Origin: Hydrolagus affinis
Lineage: Eukaryota
Assembly: GCA_012026655.1 (NCBI GenBank)
Contig: JAAILG010001778.1
Location: forward strand, 1-61,900
Reading direction: 5' to 3'
Length of the DNA: 61,900 bases
This document shows, one piece after another, positions 38,531 through 50,436 of the stretch. A program made the position numbers and the translations under genes. The stretch's first letter is position 1, and every line of letters starts with the position of its first letter. The notes below the pieces were generated by a model that saw only the letters and a list, made by a program, of their open reading frames with translations, did no database searches and was not told the DNA's origin.

Positions 38531-40939
38531 CTGAGATTAAAAGGAGAGAGCAAAAAAAAGAGTTCAATTCAGCTACAGGGACTTAATGTGAAATTTACCA
38601 TAACCAAAACCATTTTATACTCATTCGGGTTCAGAAGAAGCTGAAAATTTCAGATCAGAGAACTGGATATTAAAGTTATGATTAAAAAGCAGCTGCATCC
38701 ACAATATAATTTACACTAGCTTCAAATCTTCCAGTAACACATTCAAACAGGTAATGAAAATTTTGCTTGCAGTGAAAACATGTGTGTAATCGACAATAAA
38801 AATGAAATCATATTTATACATTTGATTAGACCTATCCCATAATGACAAGAGGCTGCATTCATTTCTCTTTAAAAACCCAGTGCTACCATAAAAATTTTAT
38901 TGCTTTTTTTTTGAGAAATTTAAGCCATCCTTGAGAATTGCTCTTGTAATGATTTTCTGGTGGGTGCTTTGTAACACATCTGCAGTTGAGTCAAAGTTCA
39001 CACTCTGAAACGTAGAATATTGCGAGACTGAGTGGCACAAGAGTGAACGCACTCCATTTAAGACAAATACCCAGCTTTCAATTCTGTCGGACTGAAAGTC
39101 TTCTACCTTTCAGCTGTCAGGTTCCTCTTTGAAACACGTTTGACCAATCTCACACCAATTATTGAACGCAGCTGGCCCACAGCACAAAAATCTCCCAATA
39201 TTTCAACACAAGGAACACTATGAGTCATCCAGAAGGATGACTGGCGCACAAGGAAAAGTGCTGGCCATGCGGGTTTAGCTGGTTAATCTCCAGATTACAC
39301 CAACACACTGTGGAATCTCTAAACCTTGGCTCTTGCCAATGTGTACCTAATACTGTCCAGAATTAGATAAGCAGATGTGAATCCCCCCTGGAGCAAGTGT
39401 GCATTGCATTCCAGATAAAGCATTCCATTTTGATGTGTCGGTGACAAAGATATGTGGAATTCTGTACAGCTCAGATACTTTTAAACATGGTGATGTTTTG
39501 TTAAGAACACGGAATAACTTATTAGTGGCTATAAAAATCAAGTCAATTTCCTCTTTAAATACTGAATACAGAGTATTTAAAAGAGAAAATCAGGTAAATA
39601 ATTGAAAGGCAGTACCATGCCACAGACATAAAATGAGCCATTAAAAGGTGGCAAATCCATAAAACCCAAACTGGCAGGTCAGGGAGAATTTCTTCACAAA
39701 GATGTTTTCGGTTGTAGAAGCATTGTAGAGTAGTGCAAAACAGTGGTTTCTGTACTCCATGTACTCGGCCGACCAAAACAGATTTGATGACATCCAGGAA
39801 CTTGATTACTTATTGCAAAGTATAAACTCGTTACTTAAGATGAACATCATTATCCGAACAGCTACCTGGATTTACTTCATAGAGCAAATCACTAAGTTTT
39901 TGCTTAATCTCACAACAAAATAGAATTCAATAGTATACATTTCTATTGAAACTAAGGCTGCCAGGCAAATGTGGGTTTCATTCTTTTGAGATGCTGGCAT
40001 CTTACCAAAGTAAACACAGACCAAGGCTAATGCCAGAGGAACCCTTTGATCACTCAGGTTTCTCTAGGCAACAAGAGAACAGTGTGGGATTTGATGTCAC
40101 TGCTCCAGCCTCACTACTCTGTACTTGTGGCATTCAATTCGAAAGGTCTAGGATCTGCAGTATTGTAAACAAAAGAGATGGCATAGAAATTGAATCACTC
40201 ACAATGCTCTCATAACCTGAAATGATCTTTTAAGATAAATTCAACCTTAAAGCAGCCAACTCTCTCTCTCTCTCTCTCTCTCTTGCCATTTCTTATCAAG
40301 CACTTCATAAAAAAACTGAATTCACAGCTGAGAGAAGTAAGCTTATCGCGTGGGTAAACTTGACAATTGGGGAGGATGTTTGATCAAATAGGTGTTTTGA
40401 AACAGAGCTCACATGTCAACAAAGACTTTGCTCTTAGACTAGGCTACATAACAGATAATAAAAAAAACAGGCTCTTCCCACACTCAGTGTGGTGTTTATG
40501 ATCAGGTTAATCCGCGAGCCACCTCATATTTCTCAATGGTCTGCAGACAGTTGTGGATAATAATAATAAAACTTGCATCTGATATAGCGTCTTTTCACGT
40601 CTTCTGGACGTCTCAAGGCACTTCACAGATTATACTAAAATGAATTGATTTATAAATATAACTGGCTGCTAGTTTTAGTTACATTTGAAGTTTGCTGAAT
40701 TTAAATACTGTTTCCTAATACATTTATCTGGCAAAACAGGTTATAGATGCTATTGTTATGACAAAACCAGCTCTGGAATCATTCATTTGCCTCCAGCGTT
40801 AACACGGTTGTCTTTTGTGATAATCAGATTAACTTAATTTATGCCTCTGTTCCGCATGTTTTGGAGGTAAATTGCAGCAATTTTGGTTGGGATTTGAAGA
40901 TAAACGTGTAAAATAAACTAGACTGAGGTAGCAAGATGC

Positions 40940-41390
40940 AGATGATATATAGGGAGCACAATTTCCAAATTTGCAGATGATAGTAGGCTAGGAAAAGTAG
41001 TAAATGGTGAGCAGGATAGCACCAGACTCCAAGAGGACTTTTAACAGATTGGTAAAATGGGCAGAAATGTGGCAAATGAGGTTTAATGTGGAGAAATAGG
41101 TGTTGCAAGGATTCTCTATATTCCTAAATAAAAAGAAGTTTCAGAACCAGAGGGGAGGTTAGGAAAAATATTTTCACCCAGTAAGTTGTTTAGATCTGGA
41201 ATGCATTACGTGAAACGGTCAATAATAATGATTCAATAACAACGTTTAAGAGAGAAGTAGATAGGTATTTTACTAGATTGTAGGGCTATGGAGAGAAAGT
41301 GGGCCAGTGGGATAGAGTTGGACAGCTCTTTGAGCCGGTGCAGACATGGTGGGCCAAATAGGCTCCTTCTGTTCTGTATGATTCTATGAG
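40940..41390 (+). mobile_element. Internally deleted CR1 3' fragment
   Basis: ISKFADD and KWAEMWQMRFNVEK motifs, then a CR1 3' UTR with TTCTGTATGATTCTATGA tail. Confidence 0.75.
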
Positions 41391-44186
41391 CTATACATTC
41401 AGAGTAGAAGTGTATCATAGGAGCGGATGTTGACTAAAGAGTACTTGTCCCAAAGAAATCTCAAGAACGAACTCTTCCCTGTGATTTGATAAGATACAGC
41501 AGTTGAAATGCATCATTTTGGGGACCACATTTCAATTCTCGAAAATGATTCATAGATGTGTCAAATGTACTCTAGTTGATGTTTCCCTTGCTTCAAGTTC
41601 TAATTTAAAGAGCAGGGAGGCTATCTGCTCGCCCTAGATTCTGGGTAAAACCAAGTGAATCCCAAATCTTCCAAGTAATAAATTAGCATGAATAGGAACC
41701 ATAACTTATTTGAATACCGCCTGAAGGAAATGCCATGCTGTGCAGCATCAAAACTAAGTCAGAATGCAATGACTTATAACAGCAATGTAAACATTAACAT
41801 TTGTATGGAGACCAATTTATATTTATGATACATTCACTGTTATGTGTAAGACTAAAAATTTCTGCCTCAGAAATGTGATAGATCTTCAACATTCTTTTGT
41901 GTTCATGCCATTTACAAAGATTGATTTTGCAAGAACAAGTTACTTCAGTAAATCACACCTAATCTCCTCTTTCCTCTTCCAGCATTTACAAAGATGATAC
42001 ATACCCCACCATCTACCAAACTTCAGGGAAGATATTTTGTTTTGAAATTAGTATGTGGGATTTCTTTGGGATAACATTTCCATTACTGTTAGAAAAAAAA
42101 TCTAATTTGCATCCTTTCCTGTTAGTTCTCTCCATGTATTAAATTATAAATAACTATTTTAATATCCCAGAATATTAAAAGTTGGAGCTTGCTCATAAAG
42201 TTAGAAAGCAGAATAATTTTATATGACTAAAGCATGCAACACAGTATGAGAAGCTTGGTGTGAATTGTGATTGAATCTTGATATGAGACTACATCTTACT
42301 TTTATAGCTCCCATATTTATGTGGTTACATAGACATTTTCTAAAAAAAATGTATTGAATGTCTATTTCCTTACCATTATGTGCCTGGCACTCAAGGTGCA
42401 ATGACAATGCTGAGGCAATATGATACTGTATAAGACAACAAGGAAATTGCATCCTGTTTGCAACAATTGACTAGAAGAGAAATAACATTGCACACAAGCA
42501 ATATACAGTGCAATTAAAAGCAATTCTTGCAGATCATTGGACCAGCTTTTTTATTGCTTAATACAAATCATATCAGAGAGAAGACTGACTTGTGTACTTC
42601 ATATAAAAGGATCAACAACAACAACAACGAACAATAACAACAAAATGACTTTTGTATAGTGCCTGTCACGTCAGGAGGACGCCCCAAGGCGCTGGACAGA
42701 CAGTATTCCAGACCTGAGCTAAGGGGTAGGGATCGGGGAGGGTGCCGGGATCACAACTGACATCAGATACATCTCAGCCTTAAATTTGAAAACTACAATA
42801 TTAAGAATGTGCAAAATTTTAGAAAATTAATTTGATCCTTTTATGTGGAGCACATCTGAATTTGGACAACTTGGGAATTTGACATACACTTGGGAATTTG
42901 ACAGCTTTCGTTACAAACCTGCTAGCTTTCCACGTGATAAAGATTGTCAGGTCATCACAGACTGTTCCACTGTATATGTGCAGTATGTTACAAAAGGGTT
43001 CTTCTTTATGGGGAATAATACAATTTAATTGATCTCAAATTTAATTAATCCAATTTATTAATTTAATTCAATTAAGTAATTTAAGCTTGTGTGATTCTCT
43101 TGACATTCTCCAAAAGGATGTGAACTGAAGTAAACATATCTCATGACAGAGACCCATTTCAAGTCCTTCCTCTTCGACTGTGCCTTTGGTCACCCTCGTA
43201 TCCCCGCTGCCCTCCACCCTCCCCTATCCCAACTGCTAGCTCGATTCCAAAACAGTGATAGTCCAGCGCCTTGGGATCTCCTCCCAATGTGAAAGGCGCA
43301 ATACAAATGTAGTTTTGTTGTTGTTGGTGGTGGAGTAAACAGCGTACACAGAATTAGAATGGGACAAAAGTCTAATTTCCAGGTCACACGAAAAATTCGG
43401 TTGAAGAATGGGCTTCGATCTATTTGTTGTTAATTTCCATAGAAAACATCTTCTACCTCCTTCCCATTACAACAGTAATTGCTTCAGTAAATCGTGTGAA
43501 GTGTTTTGAGATATTTTGATAGCGTCGTAAGATGGTACACCAAATGTAAAGATCATGTTGTTTGGATTCAGACTCTATGAATGTTTTAATTTCTAAATGA
43601 CTCCCATTGGTCATTTCAATCCACAGCTGTTTATGGGACTTGTTCAAATGTGTTGTTCAATGCTCACTAATAATCCTCCCATCTTCTTGAATTCCTAATC
43701 TTCACATAGATTGTCCACCATACTATGCCTTCTGTCCCGCTTTCTCAATGTGCAAATCAAATTTCAGCTACTTTCTGATGTTTTCCAAGCTTTGGCTCTG
43801 GTTAAAGCTTGAGAAATCTGCACAGGGTACTTTTCGGGATTAAGTGAACAGGGTGTGTCGCTATGATTCAAGACACTCAGCTGACAAATTAAAAGCATCA
43901 GGAAAATTTTCTGGATGAATAGAAGTGATGTCATTGTGCCACTCATACATTCTTTTGAATGGAAGTTATTAACAATAACAAAGTTCCACACCCAAATGAA
44001 CTAACAAACTCACCTCAGTAGAACAGTGGCTGATTCTTTAGGAAGTGAATAGATTGTGAAATTGTACCCATAATTACAAACCATGCAACATTTCAGTGCT
44101 GTTTTGTAATCAATAACTATAGTTTGAAGACTGTGGTTGTCTCTGCAGAGGAAGTACAGTGCTGTACAATCATTTGGACTCACTGT

Positions 44187-44300
44187 GGAGTCTTGTAGCT
44201 CAGTGGTTAGAGCACTCGCGTTACTGTACATATACTTTGAATCCAGGCGGCACAAAAGCTTGGGCAAGTTTCCTTACTCCACACACCTAATAATAATCTG
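44187..44300 (+). mobile_element. SINE tRNA-derived head only
   Basis: GGAGTCTTGTAGCTCAGTGGTTAGAGCACTCG...GGGCAAGTTTCCTTACTCC. Confidence 0.75.
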
Positions 44301-45127
44301 TACCCCCAAACAGAATTAGGATAGAAGATCAGCCATGATCTTATTAAATGGTAGGGCAGACTCGGGAGGTTGAATGGCCAATCCTACTCCTACTTCTTAT
44401 GTTCTTATGTTCTAATTACTGAGCAGATTATTCAATCAGAACAACAACAACTTGCATTTATACAGAACCCTTCACAAAGGAGTAGTATCTTGGAGCATTT
44501 CATCATAAAGCTTTCATAATTTAGTTCTGTGTGAATGTAGAATTTGTCCCTCTAACTGCAATCAAACAATTCAAACCTACCACTTGAATAATCGCATTGA
44601 GATAGGATTATATTCTACAAATTCACACAAGAGTCATACAAACTCTCAATTCCATAAGGGAGAAAAGCCACCGTACCTGCGCCTATTTTTTCTTGATTTA
44701 TGCAGTTTAGAGTGAAAACTCTCAACACACTTCACTTATTGGTTACTTTACTGTCAAACAAGAATTGATATACAATCACGTCCAAGGACCTGTCAATTTT
44801 ACAAGCAATGGGAGTATATCAAATTGAATATTAACTATTCCAAATCAGAATTAGAATGAGTAGCAGAGTATGAATGAGGTCTATGAAATGTGATCTCTTT
44901 TCACACAATTAAGACACCCAGAACAAAGGCAACGTCCAAATACGTGGGAGTGAGAAAAATCTTTTAGTCTTAAATTGATTCAGTCTCAATTGATATTTTG
45001 AGATTCAGAACTACCTTAAAGCTGAAATCATTACATCCTTTGGAACCTAAATTGAAAGAAACTTTTAAGTAAAAACATGAAGATTACTCCGTTTGGATGC
45101 ATTACAAATTCGACAGTGATTATGGCG

Positions 45128-45436
45128 ATAATAATTCTTGCATTTGATATAGCATTTATCATGTCTTCTAGATGTCTCAAAGCGCTTCACAGAATATATT
45201 GTAAAGTAAATTGACTATATATTTGTGGATGAAATGTGGCAGCCAATTTCGCAGAGCAGTGTCCCACAAACAGTCGTGGATTGAGTGACAAATTTTATTA
45301 GTGTTTTTTTTTCTTGAGGGATTATTATCAGGTGTGTGATGTAAGGAAACTTGACCAAGGTTTCGCCTTGCCATGAATCAAACCCAGATCTCTGGCTTGT
45401 GAGGCAGGTACTCTAACCACTGAGTTACAGGGCTCC
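45128..45436 (-). mobile_element. Full-length tRNA-derived Deu-type SINE
   Basis: Same head, core and tail as the 2210 copy. Confidence 0.85.
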
Positions 45437-45784
45437 ACAAAAAATTGGTGGTTATCAATTTATAATTTTGTAACAAGATGTACTGTATATGACACATTGA
45501 TAATGGTGACATATTGGTTTGAATTTGGAGAAGTAAATCAGAAGCAAAAATTCCAAATCCTGAAATCTTTTTAAATAGTTTCCAAACATTTCTAGGCAAA
45601 ATTTCAGAGGTCCTTGTATCAACTAAAACAAACATAGGAAGATTCACCAGGAGCATCTGAAACACACTGACCTTTGTATCAAATAAAGTAATGCGACTGT
45701 CTTAAAAAGTTAGAAAATTTGAGGAGAAAAGAGAACATTTGCTGAAAGGAACAGACGCATTTCTGAAGAAAGCAGAAATAAATA

Positions 45785-46060
45785 TAATAATAATCCTTGC
45801 ATTTGATATAGCACTTTTCATGTCTTCCAGATTCTCAAAGCGCTTCCCAGAATATACTGTAAAGTGAACTGACTGTATATTTGTGGGCGAAACGTGGCAG
45901 CCAGTGTCCCACAAACAGTCATGGATTGAAATGACCAATTATTTTGGGGGGAGGGATTATTTTTAGGCGTGTGGAGTAAGGAAACTTGCCAAGGTTTCGC
46001 CCTGACCTGTCTGAATTCGAACACAGGTCTCACGCTTGTAAACCATTGAGTTACAGGACT
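45785..46060 (-). mobile_element. tRNA-derived Deu-type SINE with small deletions
   Basis: Same family by visual alignment. Confidence 0.82.
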
Positions 46061-47551
46061 TCAATGTTGTTGCCCAAGGCACAAAACAAACTCCAGGCCC
46101 TTTCATGAGCCTAGAAATTGTGAAACTTTTGGTTTGGGTTGTCAAATCATGGGGAATAAAAACTGCAATGATCACACTGAATTAAAATTAACTTCCCCGA
46201 TGTCCTCAGTCCAACTGCACACAAAGCAGCGTCCCTAGTTGTGCCCTGGAGGGACATCACTCAACAATCACAATAAAATAACTTCCAAACCGAGAGTATT
46301 TTTTTCACATTGCTGAGTAACTTTAAGTTTGAAGTTTACCACTATGTGAAATCCTAGTCCTACTTTGCCCTAGAGCATTTTTTCAGAAAGATTTTCAACA
46401 GACATACGGAGTTCTTCACCTTTCTTGAAGGCTCAATTTCCCTGGGTGTTACTGGATGCCATCCCTACATCAACACCACCTGCAATTCTATTGTTAGTTT
46501 GCAGAACCAATAAACTACAATGCCATAGTATTGAGAGAACACAATGCTCCTGCCTAATTAGTCGGTCTGTACCAACTAAAAAAATTATCTCCCAATTGAG
46601 CCTTGAAAAATGGCAGCTAAAATCTGTAATTAGAAGTATGAAAACATGCATTTTTTTCACTAGCAATGTTTGAAACAGGTGCAGAAAATAGGAGGAGAGG
46701 AATAGCATTCCCAGTTTAAAAGCATTGTATTCAAACAACTTATCCATATTGGAGTCCAGTAGGTACCCTGTTACAAACAGAAAGATTCCGATTCGAAATG
46801 GATCTTCAAGAAAATGGGAGCATAAATGCTGTCTCAGAGCCAGAAAATGTGCCCAAGAATATAATGTGCATCTCTGGAGGGACTGCTTACATATAGAATT
46901 TGTCTACGACTATCTCAAATTAGTCTACGCTCTCTACGCTCTCTGAGGTCAGAGTGATGAACATGAGGTTCCTTTGAGGAGGCTCAATTTACATAATAAA
47001 TCACTGTTACACGTGTTGGACATTATGATGCTCTTTTTCCTGACAAGTGCTTTTTCAGATGATTCTGCGCTAAGTGTAAACCATGTGAAAATCCATGGAT
47101 ACAGTATATAGGAAATACAGGCATCTTTACTTAATCAATGAAAAGGATTCATTAAATTGCACAAATCCTTTCTATTGGTTCATGACTATATTTACACCTT
47201 TACATATGGTTTACATATAATGATAATATACTGTACCTACATTTGCACATAGTTTACATACTGAATAATCGATAGTATTGTCCTAGCAACTAATGTCAGA
47301 TGTTAAGTACAATGTTGGAGTTAATTCCCATAGTTTGTGAGCCAGTGGACCATGTTGTTCGCAATTTCAATTATCCATCAAGTTGTGGGGTGGGGTGGTG
47401 CGGGGGCCTTCTCTCCACCATGGCAGATGATCAAAATTTCACTTCAACTGCCTATAGCCACCGACCCAGCTGCTGACTTCCCATCCCTTTCCCTTGACTC
47501 TTACTGTTTCTCTCTCTATGACAAGTTCAACAGATCTCTAAAGTGATTTGT

Positions 47552-47779
47552 AAACTGCAAAATACTGCAGATGCTGGAAATCTGAAACAAAACCAGAGAC
47601 TCCTGGGAACACTGAGCAGGCTAGGCAGCATCTATGCAGAAAGGAAGTGGGTCAACATTTCAGGTTCACGACTCTTCGTCAGAATGAAGGGTGGTGCACC
47701 CAAAACGTTGACTCACTTTCCTTTTTCCATGGATGCTACTGGACTTCTTGAGCGTTCCCAGCAACCTCCGTTTTTGTTT
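47552..47779. mobile_element. Palindromic Penelope-like insert with target-site duplication
   Basis: Diverged inverted arms of the 12538 family; flanks CTAAAGTGATTTGT (47538-47551) and CTAAAGTTATTTGT (47780-47793). Confidence 0.75.
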
Positions 47780-48290
47780 CTAAAGTTATTTGTGTTTGCC
47801 AAATCGAAAAAGAAACAAAAACACACTGAAATCTGGAGGTATATGAAGGTAAATGTTTGGATTTTTAAACCCTACAGCGCACCTGTGAGAAACAATCATT
47901 CCATTGTTTCTACCCTTAAATATTAAAATGCTGAAAAAAAAACACCAGTCTACTTCAAACACTCACATACATTTGCAAAACAATAAAAACAGTTTGCAGG
48001 GTTAGCAAATACAATCTCCCTTGACTAACTGTGCCCAGTGCTCAGTTTGCTAGGTTACCATTCTACAGCTAGTGTATACAGCAACTTAAATCATTGGAAG
48101 CAATGGTGGCTTTCAAGTTGTAAATACAAACATCTGTGAACTTTGTAGCTTTGTAAAATTGCAAATAGAAGAATCATAATTGCTTAATATGAAACCAACT
48201 GTTACAACAACAATAACAACAACAAAATTACATTTGTATAACACTTTTCACGTCGGGAGGACGTCACAAACTACTACAGGTTAAAATTAC

Positions 48291-48376
48291 CTTTTGGATC
48301 GGCGTAGCCTGGTTCCATTTAGAAAGCGGGGTGCGGAGAGGCCCGAGAGAATGGACCACAAGCTTGAATCAGACAT
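48291..48376 (-). CDS. MAST4: MAST4-like kinase, internal/alternative first coding exon (MSDSSLWSILSGLSAPRFLNGTRLRRSK-S)
   Basis: ATG at 48376 with an in-frame TGA upstream; 86 nt ending AAAG|gtaatt in phase 2, matching the next exon. Peptide resembles the MAST1 N-terminus (MSDSLWTALS...[12 protein letters not shown]) as recalled. Confidence 0.85.
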
Positions 48377-48473
48377 GATCCAAACTTGAACGCTTCACAT
48401 TCCTTACACAGGTAAGCAGTCTTATCGTATTCAAAGCAAAGGCGTGGACGACTACAGTTTAAATGCTGAGGAG

Positions 48474-48547
48474 GAAACGTCAGCCTTTAACATCAGTTAA
48501 AAACAGCTCAGAAACGTCAGCCTTCAACATCAGTTAAAAAAACACTC
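48474..48547. repeat. 37-bp tandem duplication upstream of the internal ATG
   Basis: GAAACGTCAGCCTT(T/C)AACATCAGTTAAAAA occurs twice. Confidence 0.9.
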
Positions 48548-49817
48548 CTTTTGAAGACTCGCCACCAACTGAAGTCAAAGCTTAAGCAGCAAGCATTGGC
48601 ATTGAGTACTTGGCTAAAAGACACTTCTTCCCTTCCGGTCTAGTCATCACTATTATCCTGTAACCCAAGGGTCCTAAAAACTTGTCCAGTTATTATTTGC
48701 AAGCCTACAATGACCTCTTTCACTGCTAAAAAAAAAATGAGCTGCCTTCGCATTACACTTACTCTGTGTTCTGTTATGACACTCACGGTTTGCAGTTGCT
48801 ACTCTTTAAAGGTAAATCATCTATGTTATGTGGCATCTACCATTCTGAGGAACAGCAAGGGAAACGCATGTGGCTGTATATTAAAATAAGGCAAACTCTG
48901 GGAAACATGTGTACGCATTCCTGGCAACTATAGCATTTTTAGTTTAAATTCATAACTGGTTTCCATGTTGCACGCATAAAATTGAATAAGCCGTTTGATA
49001 TATCGAAAATATATTTCCTGCTCCCACACTCCAAATCCTGGATGTGAAACAATCCCCACAGTTCTTTCAGTGCTACTTAAAGCTGTTATGTCTGATCCAC
49101 CCTTACGTACGCGCAGGTGAGAAAGGAAACAACACAATAGACCTACCTAAAGGAAAGAATTTTCTGCTCAACGAATATAGGGCTATGCATACAAAGTGGT
49201 TGTGAAATTGTACAACATGTAGACACTGCCCTTTAAGAAAGTAAAACATGCATTCTCCTTTGACAATATCTAGGGGGCAGCGTTGAGCAGTAAACCACAA
49301 CAGTAAAGTAATTTCACACAGTACAGTACGTTGTATTGCAATCAACTGACAAATGCACTCCACTAAAATAAAGATTAATTACAACAGAGATCAAGCTGTC
49401 TGTTATATCAATGGAAACACTGTCAATATTTGTTCATAGCCATACAATAGAAGCAGAGCAGCAGGAGAAAATAGTAGCTCATAAGCCCAGCATGAATAAA
49501 ATACTTCTGCAGTTGGAAACAAAAATACACATTTTAAATATTTTAATAATGGTTACATTTGATATAGCGCCTTGTCAAGTCTTTGAGACGTCTCAAAACG
49601 CTGTTTACTGTAAAATGAATTGGCTGTGTACTTTGCTGGCGAAATGCGGCAGCCAGTTGTGCACAGCTGTATCCCGCAAAGTTGTTGATTAAGTGACCAA
49701 ACGTTTATTTATGCTTTTTTCTGTTTCAGTGCTGTGGGACGTCCTCCTCTCGTGAAAAGCGCTCTATAAATCCAATTTTGTCGTTGTTCCAGTGTATTGA
49801 GTCTTTAAAGAGCTGTA

Positions 49818-50436
49818 CAGTCAACCCTTGCCGCAGGCGACTTTCTTGAGTACGGATTCGCCTTGAGTACGCAAAGAAATCAATGTGGCACTTTTTTGCC
49901 TATACGCGAGTAAAATTTGCATATATGTGCGGGCTGGCCCAGCGCGCATGCGCATTTGGGAGGACGCCCACAACTCCCAACTAAGTCCGATGATTCCTCG
50001 GCTGGCTGGCCCCGCGCACCTGCGATTTTGGGAGGACGCCGCCAACTCCCGCCTAAGTCCGATGATTTCTCGGCCTCAGAGCAACCTGATGGCGTTGCGT
50101 GGTAAACAGAAGTGACAGAGAGAGAGAGAGAGAGAGTCTCCTAACACTTCCATGATCAAAGGTAAAATAATTTAGCCAAGCTGTGGTAGTGTAAGGTGCA
50201 GTTTTATTGTCTCCAGTGAGTCAGTGAGAGCGAGAGGAGTGACGAGCAGGGAGAGGGGGCCAGCAGGCTGTAGCCCGCTTCAGTACGTACCTTGTGTTGG
50301 TTGGGTGCGGATGTGCCTGGAGGCTTGAGGTTGGCTAGCCTGTGGATGGATTCCCCTAACCCCCTTTTTCCCATTATTTTTACCAAGCGTGCTGTTTTCC
50401 AGGAATATAACCCCCGCGTTCGGTGAGGGCCAACTG
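49818..50436. mobile_element. CpG-rich Tigger-like MITE with an internal ~70-bp tandem repeat
   Basis: TA|CAGTCAACCCT...AGGGCCAACTG|TA (imperfect TIRs); duplicated unit at ~49932-50076; (GA)n at 50118. Confidence 0.6.

Noticed and set aside
49885-50115. Repetitive ORFs (AGPARMRIWEDA...)
   Set aside because: Translation of the internal tandem repeat of a MITE; no splice or homology support.
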